50,855 nucleotides of DNA, from positions 1-50,855 of the IMG/VR virus record IMGVR_UViG_3300033417_000013. The stretch is one strand, 5' to 3'. This stretch comes from a virus. How positions within the stretch are numbered: position 1 is the first letter of the stretch; every line of letters begins with the position of its first letter. The translations under genes and the position numbers were made by a program. Below, piece after piece: positions 41,786-50,073 of this stretch. The notes beneath the pieces were generated by a model. The model ran no database searches. It saw only the letters and a program-made list of their open reading frames with translations, and was not told the origin of the DNA.

Positions 41786-44208
41786 TAGCCCGCGCTCCTG
41801 CGTAATTGTTTCATCCGTGCGTCAAAGCCCTCGGCTGCCGCTGCACCCTCGGCGTAGCTATTGGCGCTGATGGTCAGGTTCTGGATAGTGATGCCGCCGC
41901 CCATGAGTTGATCCGCGTTGGGAACCATCGTGCCGGATGTGGAGGGTACAAATAGTTCCGGTTGTGCGCCCGTGCCGATCAACGCGGGTTGTCCTGCCCG
42001 TATCAGGCCGCCCATGTCATACGACTGTGAACCGAATACCGGGGTGTAACCGGGCGGGCCAGTCACGCCAACCGACCCCGGTGCGCCACCGCCTAAAATG
42101 CGAAGCTGATCCAGCGCCTGACCCACGCGGTCAATAATCGACTGTACAGCGTTAATGACTGGTTGGATGTAGTTGGTAGCGATGTGTTGAAACGTGTCGC
42201 GGAACCAGTCGATTATCGGCTGCAAGTGCGGCTGTACGGTTGCCCATAAATTAGAGAGTGTCGTCTGAAACTCATCCCACTTTTCTTTAACAGTTTCAAT
42301 CACACCCTGAATAACCGGCAAGCCGTTCTCGACAAACCATTGGTACAGCGCCTGCAATGCCACACTGACAAACAGCCACGAACCCTCTAATATGTCCAGA
42401 AAGCCCTGAATGGCAGGCAGCGCAGTATTGTTCACAAAATCCACAATCGCAGGCAGGGCATCGGTGACAAACCAATCGCGCAGGGCTTCCAGGCGTGGGA
42501 TGACTTCCTGCCCAACAAACAGGCTGACTTCATCCAGTACCCGTTTGACCTCACCCTCAAACTCACTGCCGAAAATGTCGCCGATGAGCGTCATGGCGGC
42601 ATCAAACAACGGCACACCGGCCTGGGTCGCTTCAAGGAAACGATTGAAGGCTTCGCCCACGCGCCCTATTTCTTGCGCGATGGGGCGCATTTGTTCCGGG
42701 GGGATTTTCAACAAATCCCCAACTGTCATAATGGTTTCAGTAAGGGAGTCAATCCAGCTTTCATTGCCTTCGATGATGAGTTGTGCGGTTCCTGCAATAC
42801 CCCTTAACACATCCCCAAAGTGGCTAAGATCAATGACGTTCAATGCATCCAGTGCCAGTGCCAATCCTGAAACGCCAGCAACGACAATACCAATTGGTGA
42901 TGCGATAATGCCCAACACTGTGCCGAAACCACCTAGCAACGGGCCGACCACTTTTAAGATCGTGCCAATGCCAATCATCGCCGGGCCTAGCGTCGTGACT
43001 GCTGCGACCAGTCCCACAATCGTATTGCGCAGTGCCGGGTTTTCTTGCCCCCAGGCATCGAAGGCGTTAATCAGTTCCGCCACGCGCATGACCAGTGGAC
43101 GCAGTACATCGTTCAGGAACGGCGTGAGGGTGTTGATCTGGAACGTTTCGATACTGCCGCGCAGGAAGGCTATCGCGCCTGAAAAGGTGTCCATACGGGC
43201 GGCGGCAACATCAGCCACGTCTGCGCCCTGTGACATCATAGACATCATATCTTCGATACTGTCGCCGCTGGTTAAAGCAATCAGCCCCAACTGCCCGAAC
43301 GATCCCGCTAAGTCCTGAATAGTGCGTGTGCGCTGTTCATCAGTCATCCCGGCAAGTCCGGCGCGAATATCTTCCATGACATCGCCCAGAGGCCGCGCCG
43401 CGCCGGTGGCGTCAAACATGGAGGTTCCCAGACGTTGCCACGCGCCCTGTGTGCGGTCGGTATCCGCTGACATCGCTCGCAGCATGGAGCGCAGTTGTGT
43501 ACCCGCTTCAGCGCCCTTAATGCCGTTCTCGGAGAACAGCGCCAGAATTGCCGCCTGTTCACGCATCGGGATATTAAATTGACTGGCCGCCCCGCCCAGG
43601 TTCTGAAAGCCCATGACCAGATCACTGAATTCAGCACTTGAGGAAGCCGCCGCGTCTGACATGGCCTGCACTACACCGCCCACATCCTCTACGCGCAGGT
43701 TCAGCGCGGCCATAATGTCGGTCAGGCCGTCGGACACAAAGCCCAATTCCTCACCACTGGCCGCCGCGCCCATGATGACGCTATCAATCGTCAGAAACGC
43801 TTCCTCAACGCTTTGCCCGGCGGTCAGCAGTTGCAAGAATGCCTCAACACCCTGACCAGCGCTGAATTGCGTATCGCGCCCGATTTCCAGCGCCTTGCTG
43901 CGCACACTTTCCATCTGGTCAGTGGTCAGCCCGGCCCGCACTTCGATTTCTTTCAGCGCATCCTCGAAGCGGGCGGCTGCCTGTACCCCCTGCGCGCCAA
44001 AGGCGATAATCGGTGCAGTCAGCAGCGTCATTTGCGCTCCGACCTGCTGGAACTGGCCGCCGATGCTGCTGATACCGCGCCCGATATTCTGGAACGCGCC
44101 ATCCATTTGCTGCTGGGCTTGTTTGATGCCTGACCCGTCAAACGCTATGATTATGCGGCCATGAGCCGAGCCAAGATCGAATCCACCGCCGCCGGGGTTA
44201 TTGAACAT
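41785..44208 (-). CDS. Tape measure protein
   Basis: 807 aa, Ala/Gly-rich with hydrophobic central segments. Follows the chaperone pair. Confidence 0.9.
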   Translation of the reverse strand: MFNNPGGGGFDLGSAHGRIIIAFDGSGIKQAQQQMDGAFQNIGRGISSIGGQFQQVGAQMTLLTAPIIAFGAQGVQAAARFEDALKEIEVRAGLTTDQMESVRSKALEIGRDTQFSAGQGVEAFLQLLTAGQSVEEAFLTIDSVIMGAAASGEELGFVSDGLTDIMAALNLRVEDVGGVVQAMSDAAASSSAEFSDLVMGFQNLGGAASQFNIPMREQAAILALFSENGIKGAEAGTQLRSMLRAMSADTDRTQGAWQRLGTSMFDATGAARPLGDVMEDIRAGLAGMTDEQRTRTIQDLAGSFGQLGLIALTSGDSIEDMMSMMSQGADVADVAAARMDTFSGAIAFLRGSIETFQINTLTPFLNDVLRPLVMRVAELINAFDAWGQENPALRNTIVGLVAAVTTLGPAMIGIGTILKVVGPLLGGFGTVLGIIASPIGIVVAGVSGLALALDALNVIDLSHFGDVLRGIAGTAQLIIEGNESWIDSLTETIMTVGDLLKIPPEQMRPIAQEIGRVGEAFNRFLEATQAGVPLFDAAMTLIGDIFGSEFEGEVKRVLDEVSLFVGQEVIPRLEALRDWFVTDALPAIVDFVNNTALPAIQGFLDILEGSWLFVSVALQALYQWFVENGLPVIQGVIETVKEKWDEFQTTLSNLWATVQPHLQPIIDWFRDTFQHIATNYIQPVINAVQSIIDRVGQALDQLRILGGGAPGSVGVTGPPGYTPVFGSQSYDMGGLIRAGQPALIGTGAQPELFVPSTSGTMVPNADQLMGGGITIQNLTISANSYAEGAAAAEGFDARMKQLRRSAG

Positions 44209-44220
44209 CAGTCACCTTCA

Positions 44221-44243
44221 AATAAAAAACGCCCCGGAGGGCG
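44221..44243 (-). terminator. Intrinsic terminator immediately upstream of the tape measure gene
   Basis: Minus strand: CGCCC-TCCG-GGGCG followed by TTTTTTATTT, then GAAGGTGA and ATG 44208. Confidence 0.55.
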
Positions 44244-44250
44244 CTATCGG

Positions 44251-44481
44251 TCAGTCCGTCTTGCGTTGTCGTGCCATGTACATCAGTATCTTCGTGTGCT
44301 GGTGCAGATGGATTTCAATTCGCCACAGCATCAGCAGTACCGCCAACACCCCAATCGACCCGGCTAAGGCCGCAGACCCGGCAACCGCTATCGCATTATC
44401 CAGCAACGATACCGCCAGCCCGATAAAGAAACCCGTTGCCACAAACGCTAGCACTACCACCGCGTACACCCAGCTTCGCAT
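44251..44481 (-). CDS. Two-TM membrane protein (moron), 76 aa
   Basis: AGGAGG 6 nt upstream of ATG 44481. Two hydrophobic helices. Confidence 0.6.
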   Translation of the reverse strand: MRSWVYAVVVLAFVATGFFIGLAVSLLDNAIAVAGSAALAGSIGVLAVLLMLWRIEIHLHQHTKILMYMARQRKTD

Positions 44482-44512
44482 GATACACCTCCTATCCGTA
44501 AATATTACGGGT

Positions 44513-44521
44513 AGTGTATCA
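44513..44521 (-). promoter_or_regulatory. Extended -10-like TGaTACACT (the TGA is the stop of the T-frame ORF)
   Basis: Same architecture as the element at 38976-38984. Confidence 0.3.
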
Positions 44522-44800
44522 CTCAATCGCCCGCAGCGAACCCACGTCCAACGTGGGCATATACTTGGGCAAGCCCAGCAGGTCGTGCAGCTTCATGCGC
44601 CGTTTAATGCGTGTGGTCTTATCGCTGCGTCCCTTGACCTTGTCCAGTTCGGCCTCGACGTAGCGCCCAAAGGTCAGCACCGCGTTATCGAACTGGTAAG
44701 CAATCCAGGGGTTACGTTGCAGCCCCAGCCTTTGACTTGGACTTGTGTGCAGCGCCGTTGCTTGATGGTACAGCGTCCATACCTGCGTCCGGTTCGTCAC
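44519..44800 (-). CDS. Tail chaperone extension ORF (T-like), in the +1 frame relative to 44712..45197
   Basis: No SD or ATG of its own. The frame is open from 44869. Overlaps the 3' end of the chaperone gene. Confidence 0.5.
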   Translation of the reverse strand: MTNRTQVWTLYHQATALHTSPSQRLGLQRNPWIAYQFDNAVLTFGRYVEAELDKVKGRSDKTTRIKRRMKLHDLLGLPKYMPTLDVGSLRAIE

Positions 44801-45197
44801 GAAAGGATTTAGCGCTCTGATATTCCCCTCCCAACGCCCAGGCGAACACGAACGATTTGTCCTGGAACGTCAGCCACTTGACCGGGATATGCTCACCGTC
44901 GGCTTCGGCATTGTCCCACAATTTGGGCTGCACGAAGCAGGCTTTGGCGACAATATCCAGCGTCTTGCCGATGTCCGGCAGGTTCTCTTTGGTGATGCCT
45001 AACTCGACCTGTTCGCCGCCGTTCACCCCGCGCATGACCAGATCACTCAGCAAGTCCGGCACATTGCCATCACTGGCGATCAGGTCAATGACATCAGGCC
45101 GCCGCAAAAGAACGGCCTTATCTGTGCCAGCCTGCGAGGGTAACTGCACTTCCTCAGCCTGCCCAAAGTCAGACGGGCTTGCAATGGTATACGTCAT
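44712..45197 (-). CDS. Tail assembly chaperone (G-like)
   Basis: 161 aa, acidic, between the tail tube and tape measure genes. Confidence 0.7.
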   Translation of the reverse strand: MTYTIASPSDFGQAEEVQLPSQAGTDKAVLLRRPDVIDLIASDGNVPDLLSDLVMRGVNGGEQVELGITKENLPDIGKTLDIVAKACFVQPKLWDNAEADGEHIPVKWLTFQDKSFVFAWALGGEYQSAKSFRDEPDAGMDAVPSSNGAAHKSKSKAGAAT

Positions 45198-45198
45198 C

Positions 45199-45816
45199 TT
45201 ACGCCACCACCGGACTGGTGAAGAACGCTTTGAACGCGCTACCCGTTGTCGGGGCTGTCCAGTCGGTATCAGTTTCGTAAATCTTCAGGCGGATATTCAT
45301 TTGGATATTGTTACGCACGACTGGAATCGCGCGTCCTTCGATTTCCTGAACCATGAATTGGTTCTGATTGCCGTCCAGTGAGAAGTTGGGCTGATTGCCC
45401 AGCTTGCACTTTTGCAGGCCCACGACGGCATAACCGCCGCCAGTGGTGCGCCCTACGCCAATCGCGCCAAAGTAAGGCAGGTCGCCATCCAGCCCTGCCT
45501 TGAAATCAACAGTCACGACACGGTTGGGGGTTGTGCCGCTGGTGTAATCGTTGGAGCCAGCGACAATACGGAAACCGTCACGATCCATCGCGCCCTGCCC
45601 CAACGTGATATTGGCCGCTACCGGGATCGCCAGCATATCGCCAATGACACCATAGCTGCGCAGGTCGTCGGTATCGCTTTCCGGCTCCACCATCAACTGC
45701 TGACCATGCACCAACGAAAATGGTGCGCCGTAAGCATCATTGTCTACATCATACGGGGCGACAATCAAGTCCCCCAACACAAAAATCACTTCACCGAAGG
45801 AAGCTACACCGGGCAT
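45199..45816 (-). CDS. Major tail (tube) protein
   Basis: 205 aa. Position upstream of the chaperone pair. Confidence 0.7.
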   Translation of the reverse strand: MPGVASFGEVIFVLGDLIVAPYDVDNDAYGAPFSLVHGQQLMVEPESDTDDLRSYGVIGDMLAIPVAANITLGQGAMDRDGFRIVAGSNDYTSGTTPNRVVTVDFKAGLDGDLPYFGAIGVGRTTGGGYAVVGLQKCKLGNQPNFSLDGNQNQFMVQEIEGRAIPVVRNNIQMNIRLKIYETDTDWTAPTTGSAFKAFFTSPVVA

Positions 45817-45834
45817 CGTTTACTCTCCTACTTG

Positions 45835-46299
45835 TTATTGTGAACGTGTGTAAAGCACAAAGCACCGCACCCAACTGGCGGATGCGTTTTGTAACCCTTC
45901 GTCAATGAATTCCGGCCCGCTGTCCACGTACTCGATATAGTTGGCCGTTTCGTCGTCACTGTTGATCGTTTTGCGATCCAGCACAATCTTGAGGCGCTGC
46001 TTCATGTTGCGGATGGTGGCGAAGCCGCTCTCATCGTACAGGTACACGCTAAAGAAGCGCCGTTCGCCCAATTGGATATTCGACTTGGTGTCCACACCAA
46101 ACGCGATCACGGCGCACGGTTCCAAATTGCCGTTGGCATCATACGCCCCGGCTGCGTCGAGATTGCTGGATGTTGCGCCGTCGTTGTTAGCGAAGTCGTC
46201 GGGGTTGATAAAGATGTTGCCGCCCGCCAGAGTATTGATCCCGCCCGCGCCGCTGTCGCCTGTGAGTAATGCCTTGATTGCTGCTTCTTGTAATGCCAT
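45835..46299 (-). CDS. Tail terminator / DUF3168-like neck protein (putative)
   Basis: 154 aa just upstream of the tail tube gene. Confidence 0.45.
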   Translation of the reverse strand: MALQEAAIKALLTGDSGAGGINTLAGGNIFINPDDFANNDGATSSNLDAAGAYDANGNLEPCAVIAFGVDTKSNIQLGERRFFSVYLYDESGFATIRNMKQRLKIVLDRKTINSDDETANYIEYVDSGPEFIDEGLQNASASWVRCFVLYTRSQ

Positions 46300-46305
46300 G
46301 TGTAC

Positions 46306-46332
46306 CCCAAACAAAAACGCCCCGAAGGGCGC
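46306..46332 (-). terminator. Intrinsic terminator after the HNH-A gene
   Basis: Minus strand: CGCCC-TTCG-GGGCG followed by TTTTTGTTT, starting right after stop 46333. Confidence 0.65.
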
Positions 46333-47142
46333 TTAGCTAACTGTTTCAAAGTATCGCTCTATTCGAGCGAGTATCTTGTTGGCAATCTCTGGATATTTCC
46401 ACTCAAGCCATTCTTTAGGATACCTATGTTGTTTACTAGCATTACATGATCTGCAAAGTGGAACAATATTATCTGGAACAGTGCCGTGACAACTCTCATC
46501 AAACAGCGGCGTCCAGTGATCCATTTGAAGTTTTTTTCCAGAACCACATACAGCACACTTCCCATTCCAGTAAGCCAACATAAAATCGTAATCAGATTTC
46601 GTGAAGGTATCAGGTAACATTCGCTTACGTGCCTCACGACGAACGTTTGATAATCTGCGATCTATTGGATTTTGTGCGTACTTTTCGCGGCGTAGTTTGT
46701 TTATACGCCTGCGATTATTACTCGCCCAATTGGACTTCTTCTCATGTACCTTTGCGTAGTTGCGCTTAGCGTATTCACTGTCATATTGTTTTTTATACTC
46801 TGCGTTTTTCTCACGCCATTCACGCGATTTCGCTAGATCATGTTCCCTGTTTTCTTGATACCACTTCCGTTTGCCAGCCCTGTATATATCTTCGTGTTCC
46901 TTGCGCCATCGGCGGTGATATTCGATGTTGCGGCGCTGCTTTTCGCCACCATATTCAGCGCGGCGACGTGCGTTGATCTCATCGGCATTTTCAGCCCACG
47001 CTTTTCTGCGTCTTGCATTGCGACATTCTCTACACTGAGTATGTAGACCATCTCGACAAGCCTTATTTGGGTGGAAGTATTCAATTGTTGCCGGTAGGAT
47101 TTGCTTACATACAGTACATGGTTTCGTGGTAGAATCAGACAT
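46333..47142 (-). CDS. HNH homing endonuclease (copy A) with Arg/Lys-rich repeat region
   Basis: CAVCGSGKKLQMDHWTPL...NIVPLCRSCNASKQ. N-terminal CTVCK...CRECRN. AT-rich. Confidence 0.85.
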   Translation of the reverse strand: MSDSTTKPCTVCKQILPATIEYFHPNKACRDGLHTQCRECRNARRRKAWAENADEINARRRAEYGGEKQRRNIEYHRRWRKEHEDIYRAGKRKWYQENREHDLAKSREWREKNAEYKKQYDSEYAKRNYAKVHEKKSNWASNNRRRINKLRREKYAQNPIDRRLSNVRREARKRMLPDTFTKSDYDFMLAYWNGKCAVCGSGKKLQMDHWTPLFDESCHGTVPDNIVPLCRSCNASKQHRYPKEWLEWKYPEIANKILARIERYFETVS

Positions 47143-47213
47143 GCTGTCGCTCCGGTTCGACTGACTAGCGATAGTGCCGTTGGGTGTTCTAGCACCGCGA
47201 ACGGCATCTGTTT

Positions 47214-47222
47214 ATTATACCA
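47214..47222 (-). promoter_or_regulatory. Extended -10 promoter TGgTATAAT for HNH-A
   Basis: Minus strand TGGTATAAT directly after the stop of 47225..47587. Confidence 0.5.
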
Positions 47223-47224
47223 TA

Positions 47225-47587
47225 TTACCTGCCACCAAGCATACGTTTATAACTGTCCCACACTTGCCCATAATGAACCTCAAGCGCAGGCCGCACGATG
47301 GCATATCTAGACGCATTACGGGTTTCTAAGAAAATCCCATAATCAAGTCCATGAGATAGCACAATCATAACGGCATCCCCGTTTTGAATGAGAAACGCAC
47401 GTCCCCATAGCGCTTGCCTTAAATTACCACTGCGGTCAGTCCAGGGGGCTTGCGATTTGGCATACGCTTCCAGCACCGCGCCCCAATGCTGCCCCAGATT
47501 GAACGAGGCTTGCTTAACCGCCTCGCCATACGCGCCAATGCGCTGCTTCATGCGCCGGTCTGTGCCGTGCCAGTTAATGGAGGTCAT
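47225..47587 (-). CDS. HK97 gp10-like neck protein
   Basis: 120 aa. PWTDRSGNLRQAL resembles the gp10-family D-TG-L-S motif. Confidence 0.55.
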   Translation of the reverse strand: MTSINWHGTDRRMKQRIGAYGEAVKQASFNLGQHWGAVLEAYAKSQAPWTDRSGNLRQALWGRAFLIQNGDAVMIVLSHGLDYGIFLETRNASRYAIVRPALEVHYGQVWDSYKRMLGGR

Positions 47588-47967
47588 TACTGGATTTGCT
47601 CCGCCCTGCTTTGTGTCTGATTGTGTACTGCCTTCTCCACATACGTCACCCGATAATTGCGCCGCGTACCTGTTGCCTGATAGCGGAACTCATCACCCTT
47701 GCGAATATCCGCATCGGCGAATCCCAGCACCAGTAGTTCGTCGCGACTGCCCTGCCCGACTTCCGTATTCGCTTCCTGTGTAGCGCTTGCTTGCCCTAAT
47801 GGTGCGATCAGGAAGTCTTGCGCGGTTTGTGCCACGCCGTCGCGGTACAGCACCACACTCACGCCGCGATGTCCAATCATGAAGCCAGGATCGCGGCTAA
47901 ATTGTGACAGCCAATCCTCAGTATCGCCGGTAGCATCCCAATCAAGATATGTGTTCAGGTTGGGCAT
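47587..47967 (-). CDS. Head-closure / head-tail adaptor protein (putative)
   Basis: 126 aa. Coupled starts and stops within the neck gene series. Confidence 0.5.
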   Translation of the reverse strand: MPNLNTYLDWDATGDTEDWLSQFSRDPGFMIGHRGVSVVLYRDGVAQTAQDFLIAPLGQASATQEANTEVGQGSRDELLVLGFADADIRKGDEFRYQATGTRRNYRVTYVEKAVHNQTQSRAEQIQ

Positions 47968-48371
47968 TATTCAATGCTCCCTGACCCAATCCGCCGCTGC
48001 CGCCCGATTTCCTCAGACGGCAGTGTACGGGTCTGGTGTGGGTAGCTGGCGATCTTCGACTTGAGGATATTGCTGTTCGTCCCCAGCGCCGCTTCCAGAT
48101 CATCGGCGTACAATTCGTACATATCCTTGATGTTGTCGCGGACTTGCTTCAACTTCTCACCCGTCGCCCCGGCGGTGTAATCGTGTAGCTTGGACGCGCT
48201 GGCAAGCAGTTGTCGCCATGACAGCGCCAGCGTCGCGTTGTGCCGTTGCAAGTCGCTGGCGGCGTTCACCATGCGATCCCAATTCCGCTGCAATTCCGAG
48301 TCACCGAAGGCCGTGTTGCTATCGCCCAGATCGGTACGCAGGTCACTCAGTTGCTGTGCGGTCAGTGCCAT
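47967..48371 (-). CDS. Head-tail connector (gp6-like), putative
   Basis: ATG 48371 overlaps the TGA of the GT2 gene (TGATG). MALTAQQLSDLRTDLGD... Confidence 0.5.
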   Translation of the reverse strand: MALTAQQLSDLRTDLGDSNTAFGDSELQRNWDRMVNAASDLQRHNATLALSWRQLLASASKLHDYTAGATGEKLKQVRDNIKDMYELYADDLEAALGTNSNILKSKIASYPHQTRTLPSEEIGRQRRIGSGSIE

Positions 48372-49003
48372 CAGTCCCACCCCCACCGTGTGCTTAAGCG
48401 TTCCATCGCTTGCTGACGCTGCTGTGGCGTAAGCTGGCTCATCATGCCTGTATCGCGTTTGTAGTGCATCAACGTCACCTGTGGCACATACACGCCCACA
48501 CAGCCCGCCGCTTCCAGTTGCAGCACCATATCCCAATCGTTGTACGGGAAGTCGTCATAACGCAGCTTATGGCCTGTATGCCACAGGAAGCCGTAGCGTG
48601 TGCCAAACTGTCCGACATTCAGCTTCGGATGCCATGCGCCGGGCTTGTGCGTTTCGTCTTGCAGCGGATAAGCCGTGTCGCCATAGGCGTACTGCTTGCG
48701 GGTGCGAACCGCCTCCCGCAGGGCATCAATTGCGCCCGGTGCATATTCGTCGTCCTGATCGCAGAAGATCACCCAACCGGTTTTGATGACATTCAAGCCA
48801 GCGTTACGGGCCGCAGATACGCCCTGATGTTCAATGCGTAGCAGGGTACAGCCTGAGACATCCAACGGGGTATCGCTGCCATCATCTACGACGATGACTG
48901 TCTTGATACATTCATTGGCCCAGGCGCTATCGACTGCCCGCTGCAAGTCGGCAGGGTTAGGATTGTACGCCGGGATGACGACGGTTACATCAGGTCGAGC
49001 CAT
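48371..49003 (-). CDS. Glycosyltransferase family 2-like
   Basis: VTVVIPAYNP...TVIVVDDGSD...FCDQDDEY. Confidence 0.85.
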   Translation of the reverse strand: MARPDVTVVIPAYNPNPADLQRAVDSAWANECIKTVIVVDDGSDTPLDVSGCTLLRIEHQGVSAARNAGLNVIKTGWVIFCDQDDEYAPGAIDALREAVRTRKQYAYGDTAYPLQDETHKPGAWHPKLNVGQFGTRYGFLWHTGHKLRYDDFPYNDWDMVLQLEAAGCVGVYVPQVTLMHYKRDTGMMSQLTPQQRQQAMERLSTRWGWD

Positions 49004-50073
49004 TGGTCAATCACCTTGTCCCACGAATAATTGTCGATGATTGCTTGCCGTGCATGTTGCCCACTGTACTGACAGGCTTCATGTGATCTCAGCAGATTCA
49101 AATAGCCAGCCATTTTTTTGTCATCATTTAAGGGTACGCTGGCTACCCCAACATGCTTCGCCAGCGCCTTATTCCCGCCGACATCCGTAATCACACACGG
49201 CAGCCCGTAGGCCATGCACTCCATGACCGCGTTACTCAGCCCTTCGGTGGTGCTGCAATTCACGGCAATGTCCCACCCCGCCAGCATGTCCAGATCATCC
49301 AAGCGCCCCGGCAGCCATACCACATCATGCAGGCCGCGTTCATCTACCATGCGCTGAATGGTGTCGCTGTAGTCACTGGGATAGCCCGCCATGATGAAGC
49401 GCAGGTTGGCGTAGTTCGGTGCAAGCCGTTCAGCCACCCGTACCAGCATCGGCTGATTCTTGATGCCATCGGGCCGGAAGTTCGCCAGCAAGCCAACAGC
49501 CACATGATGATCGTTAAGGCCCCAATAGCGCCGCGCCCGTTGGCGTAGTTCGGTTGTCAGGTCGGGGATATGTACCCCATTGGCGATGATACGCCCCTTG
49601 TGGATGTCGCCGCCGCAGTACAGCGGAATGCTATCGACCACCGCTTGCGAGTTGCCGACGATATGGGTTGCTGCCTGCATCCCAGCCATTTCGACATCTT
49701 CCGGCGTAGGGAACTGTTCTCGCACATGGCCCACACTTTCCAAGCGAATGACACGGGTATTCACGCCCGCACGTAAGGCCAGCATTGCGGTGGTTAGCCC
49801 CGTCGGATAACCGCAGCCAATCACCATATCCGGCGCTTCACCCTGGAACCACCCTTGTATCGCGTAGGGCCGGTTCATCGGGCCGAAGTTGACATGCGGC
49901 ACGTTGTTAGCCTCGATAAAGCTGCGCAGGTTGCCCGGCATGTCGCCGAAACCGTAGTAAATGCCCAGCTTGGCATCTATGCCGCGCTGCACCATCTGGT
50001 GGATCAGGTTGGCGGCTTGCTTCTCTGCCCCGCCGGGGTTGCCGGTGGCGATGACGTACAGGATTTTAGACAT
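48985..50073 (-). CDS. Glycosyltransferase, GT-B (GT4-like)
   Basis: MSKILYVIATGNPGGAEKQ N-terminus, C-terminal STTEGLSNAVMECMAYGLPCV. ATG 50073 overlaps the upstream stop by 8 nt. Confidence 0.85.
   Translation of the reverse strand: MSKILYVIATGNPGGAEKQAANLIHQMVQRGIDAKLGIYYGFGDMPGNLRSFIEANNVPHVNFGPMNRPYAIQGWFQGEAPDMVIGCGYPTGLTTAMLALRAGVNTRVIRLESVGHVREQFPTPEDVEMAGMQAATHIVGNSQAVVDSIPLYCGGDIHKGRIIANGVHIPDLTTELRQRARRYWGLNDHHVAVGLLANFRPDGIKNQPMLVRVAERLAPNYANLRFIMAGYPSDYSDTIQRMVDERGLHDVVWLPGRLDDLDMLAGWDIAVNCSTTEGLSNAVMECMAYGLPCVITDVGGNKALAKHVGVASVPLNDDKKMAGYLNLLRSHEACQYSGQHARQAIIDNYSWDKVIDQWLDLM

Larger units (their letters stand above)
46306..47222 (-). mobile_element. Free-standing HNH cassette inserted between neck genes
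   Basis: Own TGgTATAAT promoter, conserved leader hairpin (47176-47205), gene and terminator. Splits the gp10-like and tail-terminator genes. Confidence 0.6.

Noticed and set aside
42410-43318. 302-aa plus-strand ORF
   Set aside because: It is antisense to the tape measure gene. The Ser/Pro/Ala-rich shadow frame has no start context.
44715-44872. Classical -1 slippery heptamer for G/GT chaperone frameshifting
   Set aside because: Coordinate arithmetic and direct reading show the extension ORF is +1 relative to the chaperone frame, so a -1 X_XXY_YYZ site cannot produce the fusion.
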